64,000 nt of DNA from Gemmatimonadota bacterium (lineage in GTDB: Bacteria > Gemmatimonadota > Gemmatimonadetes > Palauibacterales > Palauibacteraceae), in contig JBDHAC010000028.1 in NCBI GenBank assembly GCA_039588275.1, forward strand, positions 10,007 through 74,006, written 5' to 3'. Each line of letters starts with the position of its first letter. Within the stretch, counting starts at the first letter, position 1. Shown here piece by piece: positions 37,712 to 48,770 of this stretch. A program made the position numbers and the translations under genes. Under the pieces are notes generated by a model that saw only the letters and a list, made by a program, of their open reading frames with translations, was not told the DNA's origin and did no database searches.

Positions 37712-37920
37712 GCCGACGACACCACCTCGTGCTCGACGCGGAAGCCGCGCGGCGCAACCTCACCGTTTCTCGACACGCTCGCCTGCGCATCGATGCGTGC
37801 ACGTGCATCCAGCGCGCGCCTACGGTCGCTGGCGAGGGGGCGCCCGCCGGCCCTTCTGAGTGGGAGGGGCGCGCTCACGGTCGTTTCGCGAGAGACCCCG
37901 CGGTCCTCTCTTGACGGGTC
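37712..37920 (+). repeat. Dispersed intergenic repeat family, copy 1
   Basis: Shares GCTCGACGCGGAAGCCGCGCGGCGC and GCATCCAGCGCGCGCCTACGGTCGCT with copies 2 and 3. Confidence 0.85.
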
Positions 37921-38034
37921 GCCGAACTCGATTCGCCGGGGGAACCTCCGGTTCAAGCGCGACCGATGCACGGCGAGGAATAGCACGGCAAACAGCGTGG
38001 CAATGAAGAAGCGCTCGAGAACGGTGGATTCAAC

Positions 38035-38649
38035 TCACCTTCGTGAGTTGCATAATCGACGGTAGTCCTCGACGCGCTGGGCCGTCTCCTGGACCTTCCT
38101 CAACAACGACGGCCCGATCATTCTCAGCAACCAATTCACTTGACGCAGGTTGTCCTCGAGGGCCGCTTCGAACTCCTCGGCGTCACAATCCCGGTACGGC
38201 TCGTAAAGATACGCGGAACACCCGGTCTTCAGGATTCGATGGATCTCTTCGATACCATCCCGCGGTGCGTCCCACAGGTATAGGCTGCCCGTACAGGTCA
38301 CGAGGTGGAAGTAGTCGCTCTGGTAGTCCGTGGTCGCGATGCTGCCCACGCGCAAATCCACGTCGATACCCTCCAGGTTCCGCCGCGCCACGCGGATCAT
38401 CGAGGATGATACATCGATGCCGAACAACTCCATGGTCGGGTTCAGCCGGTGGATCTCGAGCAACAATCTCCCGGGCCCGGTTCCCGCATCCAACAATCGG
38501 CCCCCGGAAAGCGTCGCGGTCAGCTCTTCGGCAACGTGATTGTAGAGCGATTGAATGGGTCTTATCCGCATGAGCGCGTCGTACAGCCACGCTCCGGGAC
38601 TCGGGAGCCGCTCAAATCTGTTTTCGCCGATCCGGAACGTGGTGGCCAT
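38035..38649 (-). CDS. Class I SAM-dependent methyltransferase
   Basis: LLDAGTGPG, GIDVSSSMI, FHLVTCTGSLY, EIHRILKTG. Visibly lower GC than its neighbours; the C-terminus may be truncated. Confidence 0.8.
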   Translation of the reverse strand: MATTFRIGENRFERLPSPGAWLYDALMRIRPIQSLYNHVAEELTATLSGGRLLDAGTGPGRLLLEIHRLNPTMELFGIDVSSSMIRVARRNLEGIDVDLRVGSIATTDYQSDYFHLVTCTGSLYLWDAPRDGIEEIHRILKTGCSAYLYEPYRDCDAEEFEAALEDNLRQVNWLLRMIGPSLLRKVQETAQRVEDYRRLCNSRR

Positions 38650-38748
38650 ACCCGAGTGTTGACCTCGCGGTATCAAGGACGCGTCACAGGGCGTGCCCAA
38701 CTTGTTACGGCCCGCCCGAAGGCGGCTTTTCCAGGTTGAACGTAGGCG

Positions 38749-39888
38749 CTAGCCGGCCGACCGAGCTAACCTTAGTTGGCCGCAGGCCGCCGCGATGTCT
38801 CTGCCGCGCGGTGTGCGAACGGCGTTCTCGACACCCCGGCGCTTGAGGGTCTTCGCGAACGCTCGGATCTTGGATGGCGGACTCGGACTCCAGTCGGGTC
38901 GGTAGGGAATCGGGTTGAACGGGATCAGGTTCACGAAGGACGTGAGCCCGTACGTGAGATCCGCCAGCGCCTCGGCCAGCTCGGCGTCATCGTTGACGCC
39001 GTTGATCAACGTGTACTCAAAGCTGATCCGCCGTTTCTTCAGCACCTGATACTCGCGTAGGGCCCCGAACAGCTCGGGAAGCGGATAGCGCCGCTCGATC
39101 GGCATCAACTCGAGCCGCAGGTCGTGCAGAGGGGCGTGCAACGAGACGGCCAGCTCGTAGGACTCCGGTTGCCGGGCCAACTCCATGATTCCGGGAATCA
39201 GCCCGACCGTGGAAACCGTAATCCGTCTCGCACCGAGCCCGAAGCCACGATTCAACACCTCGAGCGAGGCGAGGACCTCATCCAGGTTGGCGAGGGGCTC
39301 TCCCATCCCCATGTAGACCACGTTCGAGATGCTGTGTTGTCCCGGCTTCGGTCCTGCCCGCGGTGCGAGCTCGGTCGCTGCGAAGCGGGCCGCATCTCTG
39401 TACTGGCCGACGATCTCTGCCGCCCGTAGCTGGCGCCGGAACCCGAAGTGACCGGTCGCGCAGAACTCGCAGGCGAGCGCACAGCCCGCCTGGGAGGACA
39501 GACACAGCGTGGTTCGGCCACCGGCGGGGATGAGAACGGATTCCACCTGCTCGCCGTCCTCCAGACGCCACAGGTGCTTGACGGTCCCGTCCCGCGAGCG
39601 GGTGACGTACGCGGGCTCCAGCGCGGTCAGCGTGAAGGAGGCGTCGAGTCGCTCTCGCAGCGCCGCCGGGAGGGTCGTGATCTCCTCGAACGAGCGAGCA
39701 CGGTGAGCGAAGATCCACTCCTCGATCTGGCTAGATCGGTACGCGGGCTCGCCCTCGCGGGCCATGAAGTCCGCGAGCAGCGCATGGCGCTCCGGGGCGG
39801 GGAGACCGAGGAGCTCGGCCCGCTGGCTCGCGGCCGACGCGGCTCTCCCGAGACCGGTGTGCGTAGGATCGAGGGCGCGATCGGACAT
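38749..39888 (-). CDS. rlmN: 23S rRNA m2A2503 / tRNA m2A37 radical-SAM methyltransferase
   Basis: SRDGTVK, CLSSQAGCALACEFCATG, MGMGEPL, SLHAP, NLIPFNP, RGRDIAAACGQL. ATG at 39888. Confidence 0.96.
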   Translation of the reverse strand: MSDRALDPTHTGLGRAASAASQRAELLGLPAPERHALLADFMAREGEPAYRSSQIEEWIFAHRARSFEEITTLPAALRERLDASFTLTALEPAYVTRSRDGTVKHLWRLEDGEQVESVLIPAGGRTTLCLSSQAGCALACEFCATGHFGFRRQLRAAEIVGQYRDAARFAATELAPRAGPKPGQHSISNVVYMGMGEPLANLDEVLASLEVLNRGFGLGARRITVSTVGLIPGIMELARQPESYELAVSLHAPLHDLRLELMPIERRYPLPELFGALREYQVLKKRRISFEYTLINGVNDDAELAEALADLTYGLTSFVNLIPFNPIPYRPDWSPSPPSKIRAFAKTLKRRGVENAVRTPRGRDIAAACGQLRLARSAG

Positions 39889-39996
39889 GTGTTTTCCTTG
39901 CTGGCACCGCCGCGGGCGGTGTACTTTCGGGCCTGTTCTACGCCCCGGATATGCGCTCCGTTCCGAGCCCGGGGCGCCGCCGAACTCCAATAGGAG

Positions 39997-40482
39997 ATGT
40001 TCCGTTCTCTCGTGTCGCAGCCCCTGCTTGCCGATCTGCTCTCACCTGATCGGGTGAAGATCCCGCTCGAATCCACCGACAAGCATGGCGTGATCGTGGA
40101 GCTGTGCGCGCTGCTCGCGGCCGTGAGCGGCGTGTCCGAGGATGAGGAGGAGATCCGCAAGTCCATTCTGGACCGCGAGGCGGTGTTGAGCACCGGGATC
40201 GGCGGTGGCGTGGCGATCCCACACGGAAAGAGCGAGTCCGTCGATGATCTCCTCCTCGTCGCGGGCACGACGACGGAGCCGATCGATTTCGAGTCGCTCG
40301 ACGCGAGGCCCGTCAGCCTCGTGTTGATGCTCGTCGGTCCCGAGTCGGCAGCGAGTCTTCATGTGAAGATACTCTCTCGGATCAGTCGGGTCCTGCGGAG
40401 CGCGAAGCTACGGAACAGGCTCGTCGCGGCGGACTCCGCTCGAGAATTCCTCTCGGCCCTTCGAGATGCGGAGTCCCGTTGA
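39997..40482 (+). CDS. PTS IIA-like protein (PtsN/fructose-mannitol IIA family)
   Basis: DREAVLSTGIGGGVAIPHG, DFESLDARPV, HVKILSRISR. Start may be slightly downstream. Confidence 0.9.
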   Translation: MFRSLVSQPLLADLLSPDRVKIPLESTDKHGVIVELCALLAAVSGVSEDEEEIRKSILDREAVLSTGIGGGVAIPHGKSESVDDLLLVAGTTTEPIDFESLDARPVSLVLMLVGPESAASLHVKILSRISRVLRSAKLRNRLVAADSAREFLSALRDAESR

Positions 40483-40919
40483 GCCGCGTCGCGCGCGCCT
40501 GGTGGCCGGTTATCGCCTGGATGGGCGTCATCGTGTTCCTCACGAGCGTACGACTTCCGGTGGGTGGCCTGGCCCGCACGGGACTTCCGCTCGACAAGGC
40601 AGCCCACGTCCTGCTCTACGGCGGGTTGGGGTGGACGCTGGGTCGCGCGATGTGGGTATCGGGGTACCGTGCCGCGCTCGCCGTGTGGCTGTGCCTGCTG
40701 GCCGGTCTGTTGTTCGGCGCCGCGGACGAATGGCACCAGGGTACCCTTCGGTTCCGCGAGGCCTCGTTCTCGGACTGGCTCGCGGACGCAGCCGGGGTAT
40801 CGCTGGGGCTGGCGGCGTTCCTGTGGCCGCGCTGGCTGGGGATGAAGCACGCCATGCGAGGCGAGGTACTGACCGGCGAGGCATCGGGGAGCGTATATCG
40901 CTCCAGCCCGCGGCTGTGA
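40479..40919 (+). CDS. VanZ family membrane protein
   Basis: DKAAHVLLYGGLG, GAADEWHQ, DWLADAAG. Confidence 0.85.
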   Translation: MSRVARAWWPVIAWMGVIVFLTSVRLPVGGLARTGLPLDKAAHVLLYGGLGWTLGRAMWVSGYRAALAVWLCLLAGLLFGAADEWHQGTLRFREASFSDWLADAAGVSLGLAAFLWPRWLGMKHAMRGEVLTGEASGSVYRSSPRL

Positions 40920-40938
40920 AGCTACGGATGGCAGGCCA

Positions 40939-42750
40939 ATGAGCTCGCCCGAGCGACCGATCTCCTTCAGCACTGGCTACCGCGACACTGGGTGTGGTCT
41001 TCTCGACTCGGAGTGGGCGGGTCGCGAGGTGACGCTGTCCGGCTGGGTGCATCGCAGACGCGATCTGGGGGGACTGTTCTTCATCCAGCTGAGAGATCGA
41101 ACCGGGGTCGTTCAGCTCTCGTTCGGACCGGATTGGACCGAGGACGACTGCCTCGCGCTCGCCGGGGAGCTGGGTCCTGAAGACGTCGTTCAGGCGCGTG
41201 GCCAGGTGAACCGGCGCCCCGATGATGCGGTAAACCCCGATATGGCCACCGGCGAGGTGGAGGTGCACGTGCGGCAGCTGGAGCGGCTCTCGCCCTCCGC
41301 GCCGCTCCCGATACTCGTGGCCGTCCCCCCCGAGGAGGACCTGCCGGCCGAGGAGCTCCGTCTTCGGCACCGGGTGCTCGACCTTCGCCGCCCCGAGATG
41401 CTGCATCACTTCGTGGTGCGGCACCGCGCTACGGCCGCCGTGCGCGCGGCGCTGGACGAGGAGGGGTTTCTCGAGGTCGAGACGCCGCTTCTGACACGAC
41501 AGACACCGGAGGGGGCACGCGACTTCATCGTGCCGAGTCGGGTGCAGCGAGGCCACTTCTACGCCCTCCCCCAGTCGCCGCAGCTGTACAAGCAGCTCCT
41601 GATGGTCGCGGGCTTCGATCGCTACTTCCAGATCGCCCGCTGCCTGCGCGACGAGGATCTGCGCGCGGACCGCCAGCCGGAGTTCACGCAGATCGATGCC
41701 GAGATGGCATTCGTCGAGCAGGACGACGTGTTCGGTGTGGCGGAGCGCATGTTTGCGCGCATGTGGAGGGACACGCTCGGCGTCGAGCTCGAGACACCGT
41801 TCACGCGCCTCACTCACGCGGACGCGGTCGAGATGTACGGCACCGACAAGCCGGATCTCAGAATCCCCTGGAAGCTGCACGACTTCACACCCGTGCTCGT
41901 CGGGATCGGGTTCGGGATCTTCGACGCCGCGGCTAAGAGCGGGGGTCGCGTGCGCGGGTTCGTCGCCAAGGGTGGCACCGCGTTGTCACGCGCTCGTCTC
42001 GACCACTACAACGAGCGCGCGGGGGAGTACGGGGCCAAAGGCGCGCTGTGGCTCAAGCGGACCGAGGACGGCTGGTCCGGGGCCCCGGCCCGCTTCATCG
42101 GGGAGAAGACGGCTCCCGAGTTGGAACGGCAATTCGACATAGAGCCGGGCGATCTGGTGGCGCTGGTCGCCGGCCCCGATGCCGAGACGTCTTCCGCTCT
42201 GGACGTGCTCCGCCGCGAGATTGCAGCGGAGCTCGGCGCGACGCGGCTGACCGAGTCGCACTGGCTGTGGGTCGTCGAGTTCCCGCTCTTCGAGGCGGAT
42301 CCGGAGACGGGCCGCCCCGTACCGGCGCATCACCCGTTCACGATGCCTGCGGAGACCGATCCGGACCGGCTGCGCGAAGAACCGCTGAGCATCCTCGCGC
42401 ACGCGTACGATGTCGTCTACAACGGCATGGAGTTCGCGAGCGGGAGCATCCGTTGTCACAAGCCCGATCTGCAGCGTGCGATCCTGGAGACGCTCGGGCT
42501 CCCGGCCGACGAGGTCGAGCGCCGCTTTGGGTTCCTGCTGGAGGCGTTCAAGTACGGCGTGCCTCCGCACGGGGGATTCGCCGTAGGGCTCGACCGCGTG
42601 ATCGCCACGATGGTCGGGATGGAGTCGATCCGCGAGGTGATCGCGTTTCCGAAGACGGCCGCGGGGCGCGGCTTGATGGAGGGTTCGCCCTCGACCGTTT
42701 CGTCCGAGGAGCTGGCCGAGCTGGGAATCCAGCTCTCGCCTGAGGGGTAA
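40939..42750 (+). CDS. aspS: Aspartate-tRNA ligase
   Basis: GWVHRRRDLGGLFF, TPEGARDF, YALPQSPQLYKQ, RDEDLRADRQPEFTQID, HHPFT, PPHGGFAVGLDR, IAFPKT. Confidence 0.98.
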   Translation: MSSPERPISFSTGYRDTGCGLLDSEWAGREVTLSGWVHRRRDLGGLFFIQLRDRTGVVQLSFGPDWTEDDCLALAGELGPEDVVQARGQVNRRPDDAVNPDMATGEVEVHVRQLERLSPSAPLPILVAVPPEEDLPAEELRLRHRVLDLRRPEMLHHFVVRHRATAAVRAALDEEGFLEVETPLLTRQTPEGARDFIVPSRVQRGHFYALPQSPQLYKQLLMVAGFDRYFQIARCLRDEDLRADRQPEFTQIDAEMAFVEQDDVFGVAERMFARMWRDTLGVELETPFTRLTHADAVEMYGTDKPDLRIPWKLHDFTPVLVGIGFGIFDAAAKSGGRVRGFVAKGGTALSRARLDHYNERAGEYGAKGALWLKRTEDGWSGAPARFIGEKTAPELERQFDIEPGDLVALVAGPDAETSSALDVLRREIAAELGATRLTESHWLWVVEFPLFEADPETGRPVPAHHPFTMPAETDPDRLREEPLSILAHAYDVVYNGMEFASGSIRCHKPDLQRAILETLGLPADEVERRFGFLLEAFKYGVPPHGGFAVGLDRVIATMVGMESIREVIAFPKTAAGRGLMEGSPSTVSSEELAELGIQLSPEG

Positions 42751-42871
42751 AGAGCCGGGCGCCAACGCGGCGTGGGAACCCATCGGCTCGTCTTGCACAG
42801 TGACGTAACCGTATGATGGGAAGCACCTTGCAGCGTTAGGTGACCGAACGGCAAAGGGGTTCAGGATAAGC

Positions 42872-43921
42872 GTGAAGCCGAACGAGGTCGGACTTTCCGA
42901 CCTCATCGAACACCGATTCTCGATCACCGGGGCCGACCAGCTTCTGCTGGCCGGCGTAAACGACGCGCATCTGACGGCCCTGGCACAGCGATGCGAATGT
43001 CGGGTCGTGCTTCGTCGGGACGAGCTCATCCTCTCCGGGCACCCCGACGCGGTCGGGCGCGCGGCGCCCGCCGCCGAGCGGATGATCCGGCTGGCCAAGA
43101 TGGAGCGGTCGTTCGATGTGGCGGATGTCGAGCGCTTCGTGCGCGACGGCGGTCCGGTGGGTCAGATCATCAACGGAGCCAAGGAGACCGAGCAGGAGAT
43201 CGCGCTGGCCGGCGCCCGACGAGTCATCCGCGCTCGATCTCCGGGCCAGGAGCGATACGTAGCCGCGATGCGGACCAACGACATCGCGGTCGGGATCGGT
43301 CCGGCGGGAACAGGAAAGACCTACCTTGCCGTCGCCGCCGCCGTCGAGGCGCTCAACCAGAAACGCGTTCGGAGGATCATCCTCACCCGGCCCGCCGTGG
43401 AGGCCGGCGAGGCGCTCGGTTTCCTGCCGGGCGACATCCGCGAGAAGGTAGACCCGTATCTGCGGCCCCTGTACGACGCGCTCCAGGACATGATGCCAGC
43501 GGAACGAGTGCGTCGAGCCATCCAGGACCTGACGATCGAGATCGCACCACTCGCCTACATGCGCGGCCGTACCCTGTCCGACGCGTTCCTCATCCTGGAC
43601 GAGGCACAGAACGCGACGGCGGCCCAGATGAAGATGTTCCTCACCCGGCTAGGGCTGAACTCCAAGACCGTAATCACGGGCGACAAGACCCAGGTCGACC
43701 TGCGCCCGCGCGGCGATTCGGGGCTCCTCGAGATCGAGCGGGTGTTGCGCGACATCGAGGGAATTGGGTTCATTTACCTGGATGAGACCGACGTCGTTCG
43801 CCACGCGCTCGTGAAGGATATCATCCGGGCATACGAGGAGCGGACGGCAGCAGGGCGAGAGCAGGCGGCCGGGCCGGCACGCGACGACGAGCCCGCCGAA
43901 GACCCGGAGGGTGGATCATGA
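42872..43921 (+). CDS. PhoH family ATPase (YbeZ-like)
   Basis: [55 protein letters not shown]. Confidence 0.95.
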   Translation: MKPNEVGLSDLIEHRFSITGADQLLLAGVNDAHLTALAQRCECRVVLRRDELILSGHPDAVGRAAPAAERMIRLAKMERSFDVADVERFVRDGGPVGQIINGAKETEQEIALAGARRVIRARSPGQERYVAAMRTNDIAVGIGPAGTGKTYLAVAAAVEALNQKRVRRIILTRPAVEAGEALGFLPGDIREKVDPYLRPLYDALQDMMPAERVRRAIQDLTIEIAPLAYMRGRTLSDAFLILDEAQNATAAQMKMFLTRLGLNSKTVITGDKTQVDLRPRGDSGLLEIERVLRDIEGIGFIYLDETDVVRHALVKDIIRAYEERTAAGREQAAGPARDDEPAEDPEGGS

Positions 43922-46392
43922 ACCTCTGGACGCGCCTACGCGACGGCCTGCGAGCCGTCAACCGGCCTCCGAGCGCGGGCTGGCGGGACGACTATGTCCA
44001 CCACGGGTTCCGTGCCATGCTCGCGCTGGGTATCGCGCTCCTGCTTCCGTGGCTCTTCGCCAGGCCGACGCTCCCCGAGTTCGCGGGGCTCGAGGAAGGA
44101 GAGGTGGCGAATCGGGACGTGATCGCCGGCACCTCCTTCACGGTGTACAAGTCCGAGACCCAGCTACAGGCCGAGCGGCGTGATGCGGAGGCGGGGATCT
44201 ACTCGATCTTTGCCCGGACCCCGGCCGCTGCCGACACCGCGATCGCGAGATCCAACGCGCTGTTCGCCAGCCTCGACTCGGTCGTGAGCCTCATTGAGGA
44301 GCGGGGCGTGGAGGGGCTGGAGACTGAGGACCCCGAGGCGCTCCCGGAGGCGATCAGCGCCGGGATCGCCGAGGTCTTGACTCGCCAGGGAGTCGCGTTC
44401 CCGACGGAGGACCAGCTCGCGGTGCTGGCCGACGCGCGTCGGCGCGAGCGTCTGCGGGTAGCAGTCGCATCGGCATTCGACGGACTACTCCGCCCCGGAG
44501 TGGCTCACTCGGTCGATGTCCAGGACGTGGCCTCGACGACCGTCGTGATCCGCGAAGGGGACCGTGACCGGTTCATGGCGCGCGACTCGATCGTGACGAT
44601 GGACCAGTTCTTCGCACGATCGATCGACCGGGATCCGGGGTTCGCCGCGGGGTCGAACCTCTACCACACTCTGCTCGTCCTGTTCAGCGAGCCGACCCTG
44701 ACGCTCGATCGCAACGCGACCCGTGACGCCCGCTTGCAGGCGCGCGCAGCCGTGGACCGAAACCGAACAGCAGGGTTCGTTCGAGAAGGCGAACGGATCA
44801 TCACGGAGCACGAGCCGATCGGCCGCGTCGAGATGGAGAAGCTGCGGGCGTATCGGGCGCACCTGGTCGAGGAGGGACTCACCGACTCCGGCGCCGCACG
44901 CTTCTGGCGCGATCTGGGCGTCGTCCTGTTCAGCGGTGCACTCCTCGGGATCCTCGTCCTGGCCATCCACTCGTTCCGTCGCGAAGTGTACGAAGATGCG
45001 CGCAGCGTTTCGGTGATCTTCTTCCTCATCGCGCTCGTGCTCGTGGTCGCCGGCATCATCGCCGCCGCCGAGAGCCCGTCGGCTCTGATTCCCATCGCGT
45101 TCGCCTCGCTGCTCGTCGGAGCGTTGTTCGACGGATTCCTCGCACTTCTCGTCGTGGCCACGATCGCAGGGATCCTGCTGGGTCAGCCGGCGTTCGAAGG
45201 ACTGCCCGTGCCGTTCATCATGGCGGCCGCTGGTGCCGCGGGCGCGCTCGGGGTACGCGAGATCCGGCGTCGGTCGCAGAGCTGGATCCTGATCGCCCTG
45301 ATCACCGGCGGGTACGTGTTCGCCGGCCTGGCTCTGCTTCTGATGGGCCATTTCGACTGGCGGGAGCTCGCGACCACGTCCCTGTGGGGATTCGGTACGG
45401 CGACGGCGTGCACGGCGCTCGCGATGGGTGCGGCGCTCCCGGCGCTCGAGGCGCTGACGGGGCGTACCACCGACCAGACCCTGCTCGAGCTCGCCGACAT
45501 GAACCGCCCGCTGCTGCGGCGATTGGCGCGAGAGGCCCCGGGCACGTACGCGCATTCGATCAACGTGGCCAATCTGGCCGAGGCGGCGAGCCTGGCGATC
45601 GGGGCGAGGGCGCGGCTCACCCGGGTCGGCGTCTACTACCACGACATCGGCAAGCTCGAGCGACCCCAGTACTTCATCGAGAACCAGCCGAAGGGACTCA
45701 ACCCGCACGACCGGATCCGTCCTCTACAGAGCGCCGAGATCCTGCGCGACCACGTGCGCGAAGGCCTCGCGCTCGCCGATGAGGCGAAGCTGCCGGCGGT
45801 GCTCAAGGACTTCATACGAGAGCACCACGGGACCCAGCAGATTCGCTACTTCCTCGCGAAAGCACGGGAGGACGAGGGGAGCCTCGACTTCGACCCCAAC
45901 GATTTCTGCTATCCCGGTCCGAAGCCGCAGAGCAAGGAGACGGCGATCGTCATGCTGGCGGACGCGGTCGAGTCGGCCTCGCGGACGCTGTCCGAACCGA
46001 GCCCCGAGCGGATCCGCGCGCTGATCGACGAGCTCGTGAGCGCCCGTGTGGAAGAAGGGCAGTTGGATGAGTGCGGCCTCACGTTCCGCGATCTGGACCG
46101 CGTAAAGACGGAGTTCGCGCACGTCCTCACCGGTCTGTACCACCACCGCATCGACTACCCGCAGGCCGGCGCGACGGCCGCCACCGAGGCCGCATCGGGT
46201 CCCGCGGACGCCGAGGGCGTGCGGAGCGTCATGAAGGTCGATGAGGTCGCCCGCTCTCGGACCGAGGGAGGAGCGACGGAGTCGGTGGCGCCCGGACGGA
46301 CGGGGCGCCGCCTCGCATCCGGCTCGCGCGCTCCGGGGGTGGTGACCCAGTCCGAGAGCGAGTGGGAAACCGGACGTCCCGGAGAGCAGTAA
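43918..46392 (+). CDS. 7TM-HD (HDIG) membrane phosphohydrolase, PgpH-like
   Basis: Extracellular domain, about seven TM helices, [43 protein letters not shown]. Confidence 0.93.
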   Translation: MNLWTRLRDGLRAVNRPPSAGWRDDYVHHGFRAMLALGIALLLPWLFARPTLPEFAGLEEGEVANRDVIAGTSFTVYKSETQLQAERRDAEAGIYSIFARTPAAADTAIARSNALFASLDSVVSLIEERGVEGLETEDPEALPEAISAGIAEVLTRQGVAFPTEDQLAVLADARRRERLRVAVASAFDGLLRPGVAHSVDVQDVASTTVVIREGDRDRFMARDSIVTMDQFFARSIDRDPGFAAGSNLYHTLLVLFSEPTLTLDRNATRDARLQARAAVDRNRTAGFVREGERIITEHEPIGRVEMEKLRAYRAHLVEEGLTDSGAARFWRDLGVVLFSGALLGILVLAIHSFRREVYEDARSVSVIFFLIALVLVVAGIIAAAESPSALIPIAFASLLVGALFDGFLALLVVATIAGILLGQPAFEGLPVPFIMAAAGAAGALGVREIRRRSQSWILIALITGGYVFAGLALLLMGHFDWRELATTSLWGFGTATACTALAMGAALPALEALTGRTTDQTLLELADMNRPLLRRLAREAPGTYAHSINVANLAEAASLAIGARARLTRVGVYYHDIGKLERPQYFIENQPKGLNPHDRIRPLQSAEILRDHVREGLALADEAKLPAVLKDFIREHHGTQQIRYFLAKAREDEGSLDFDPNDFCYPGPKPQSKETAIVMLADAVESASRTLSEPSPERIRALIDELVSARVEEGQLDECGLTFRDLDRVKTEFAHVLTGLYHHRIDYPQAGATAATEAASGPADAEGVRSVMKVDEVARSRTEGGATESVAPGRTGRRLASGSRAPGVVTQSESEWETGRPGEQ

Positions 46393-46397
46393 GCGGA

Positions 46398-46841
46398 TTG
46401 ACCGCTCCCCACCTTCACATCAACCGGCTGGAGGAGTGGCCAGCGCTCGCCGATCTGGGATCGCAGGTACGCCGGGCCGCCGGGACCGCCCTCGGCACCG
46501 CCGAGTTGAACGGTGCCGAGCTCTCGATCAGCTTCATTCCCGAAGGAGAAATCCGGGCGCTGAACCGCGTCTACCACGGCATCGACGCGGCCACCGACGT
46601 GCTCGCATTCGATCTCGGTGAGCTGGAAGAGCGACCCGGCTCGCTTCTCGCCGACATCTACGTTTGCCCCGACGTGGCGCGGCAGTCGGCCGAGATCGAG
46701 GCGGTCGCATGGTCGCAGGAAGTACTGCGGCTAGTGATCCATGCCGTCCTGCACCTTCTGGGGCACGACCACCCGAATGGTGAGGAGCGCTACGAGTCGG
46801 AGATGTTCCGCCTGCAGGAGGAGCTGCTCCGCTCGCTGTAG
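46398..46841 (+). CDS. ybeY: rRNA maturation RNase YbeY
   Basis: LNRVYHG, TDVLAF, HAVLHLLGHDH zinc motif. TTG at 46398 chosen as start. Confidence 0.92.
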   Translation: MTAPHLHINRLEEWPALADLGSQVRRAAGTALGTAELNGAELSISFIPEGEIRALNRVYHGIDAATDVLAFDLGELEERPGSLLADIYVCPDVARQSAEIEAVAWSQEVLRLVIHAVLHLLGHDHPNGEERYESEMFRLQEELLRSL

Positions 46842-46860
46842 AGCCGCCAGCCGGGGTGAG

Positions 46861-47295
46861 GCCGACGGCACCCTCTCGCGCTCGACGCGGAAGCCGCGCG
46901 GCGCCGCACTTCGTCACTCCAACACGATCGCATGCGCCTCGAGGCCGTTCGCGGCGCATCCAGCGCGCGCCTACGGTCGCTTGCGAGAGGGTGCTCGCCG
47001 GCCTCAAGAGGGGAGCGCGCCTACGGTCGTTCGCGAGGGGGCGCTCGCCGGCTCTCTGGAAGGGGAGACGCGTTGACGGCCCTTCAGGGCACATCGACTG
47101 ACGAGAGAGGGGATTACCGACCAGGAGGACTAACGGGGAGGGTGACTGCCGTCTCCTCCTCATCAGGAGAGGGTCGTGGGGTCTCTCGGGAGCGACCGTA
47201 GATGCGCGGTCGACCGGGCCGCATGTCCACCGCGGACGAGGGCAAGGGAGGCGCACCTACGGACCGCCGCGCGCAGCTTCCGCGTCGCGAGTGAG
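46861..47295 (+). repeat. Dispersed intergenic repeat family, copy 2, bounded by inverted terminal motifs
   Basis: Left CTCGCGCTCGACGCGGAAGCCGCGCGGCG (~46875). Right CGCCGCGCGCAGCTTCCGCGTCGCGAG (~47265-47291). Tandem internal GCGCGCCTACGGTCG..GCGAG.GGG.GCTCGCCGGC units. Confidence 0.85.
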
Positions 47296-47395
47296 ACGAT
47301 TCCACGACCCTCTCTCCCTGTCGGGTTTCGCCTCGCGGTCACCACCTTAGTTTTAGCGACTGGCTCACCTGCACCCGGCACACCACGGAGGTCGA

Positions 47396-48757
47396 ATGTC
47401 CGAGACCGCAGACCGTCTCCCCGAGACGATCCGCGCGATCCAACGCCTGCTCGAGCGCGAGGCCGCGCAGGAGTTGCTGAAGTTCGTCGAAGACCTCCAT
47501 CCGAGCGACCTGGCGGACGTCCTCGAGCACATCGAGGGAGAGGAAGCCCGCCTCCGCCTCCTGGAGATCCTGCCGGCACCGCTCGCCTCGGACACACTCG
47601 CCGAGATGGAGGAGGAGGAGCACCCGGCCGAGCTCCTGGCGCAGATGGAGCCGGAGCGGATCGCAGAGCTTGTCGAGGAGCTCGCGGACGACGATGCCGC
47701 GGACCTGATCGGCGAGCTGGAGCCGGAGGAGCAGGAGCGCGTCCTCGACTCGGTCTCCGATCCGGAAGCCGAGGAGATTCGGGAACTGCTCGAGTACCCG
47801 GAGGACTCCGCCGGCGGGATCATGACCCTCGACCTGGTCGCCGTCTCGTCGGAGGCGACCGCGGCGGAGGCCATCGCAGAGCTGCGTGAGCGCGCTTCGG
47901 AGCGCGAGGATTTCTACACGATCTTCGTCGTCGACCCCGACCAACACCTGCGGGGCATCGTGACCCTGCGAAGGCTGGCTCTCGCGCCTCCCTCCCTCCC
48001 GATCCTCGATCTGTTGGAAGAACCCCCGGCGGTCGTGCCCGTGGACATGGATCAGGAGGAGGTCGGCCGCATCCTCTCCCGCTACAACCTCCCGGCGATC
48101 GGCGTGGTCGATCCGCAGGGCCGTCTGGTGGGTCGCGTCACGTTCGACGACGTCATCGATGTGGTCGAGGCGGAGACGACGGAGGATATCCTCCGCTTCG
48201 CGTCGACGTCGGAAGAGGAGAAGCTCCGGGGTTCGACCACCGACGCGGTCCGCAGCCGTCTGCCGTGGCTCACGATCAACTTCGTGACGCTCTCCGCCGC
48301 GGCGTTCATCGTATGGCTGTACCGGGAGACGATCGAGCAGGCCGTCATCCTCGCGGTCGTCATGCCGGTGATCGCCGGATTGGGAGGCAACGCGGGCACG
48401 CAGGCCCTGGCCGTTACGATTCGCCGCATCGCGACTACCGACGAGACCCTGGGGGAGCGCTGGCCGGTGGTGGGGAAGGAGCTGTTGGTCGGGGTGATCA
48501 ACGGGCTGGCGATCGGAATCATCGCCGCCGCGTTCGGCGTGCTGGTCGGACAGGGCGACCCACGCCTCGGACTCGTGATCATGATCGCGATGTGGGGCAA
48601 CCTGATCATCGCATCCACCGGTGGTGCGTTCTTCCCGATCTTGCTCGAGAGCCTGGGGATCGATCCCGCGGTCGCGTCATCCATCTTCGTCACCACGTTC
48701 ACGGACCTGTTCGGATTCCTCCTGCTCCTCGCACTCGCGCGAGGGCTCCTGATCTGA
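47396..48757 (+). CDS. mgtE: Magnesium transporter MgtE
   Basis: Acidic N domain (LHPSDLAD), YPEDSAGGIMT CBS pair, RLPWL, GGNAGTQ, DPAVAS, TTFTD. Confidence 0.96.
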   Translation: MSETADRLPETIRAIQRLLEREAAQELLKFVEDLHPSDLADVLEHIEGEEARLRLLEILPAPLASDTLAEMEEEEHPAELLAQMEPERIAELVEELADDDAADLIGELEPEEQERVLDSVSDPEAEEIRELLEYPEDSAGGIMTLDLVAVSSEATAAEAIAELRERASEREDFYTIFVVDPDQHLRGIVTLRRLALAPPSLPILDLLEEPPAVVPVDMDQEEVGRILSRYNLPAIGVVDPQGRLVGRVTFDDVIDVVEAETTEDILRFASTSEEEKLRGSTTDAVRSRLPWLTINFVTLSAAAFIVWLYRETIEQAVILAVVMPVIAGLGGNAGTQALAVTIRRIATTDETLGERWPVVGKELLVGVINGLAIGIIAAAFGVLVGQGDPRLGLVIMIAMWGNLIIASTGGAFFPILLESLGIDPAVASSIFVTTFTDLFGFLLLLALARGLLI

Positions 48758-48770
48758 CGCGGATCGCGCC

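Noticed and set aside
37940..38037. Read-through of the methyltransferase TGA into a hydrophobic tail (VESTVLERFFIATLFAVLFLAV)
   Set aside because: There is no Cys-motif context or evident SECIS, and the frame runs into the repeat element. More likely a remnant or chance.
42841..42851. TGACCGAACGG upstream of phoH, identical to part of the lexA promoter
   Set aside because: It is a single half-site with no second CCGAA 11 bp away, so probably coincidental.
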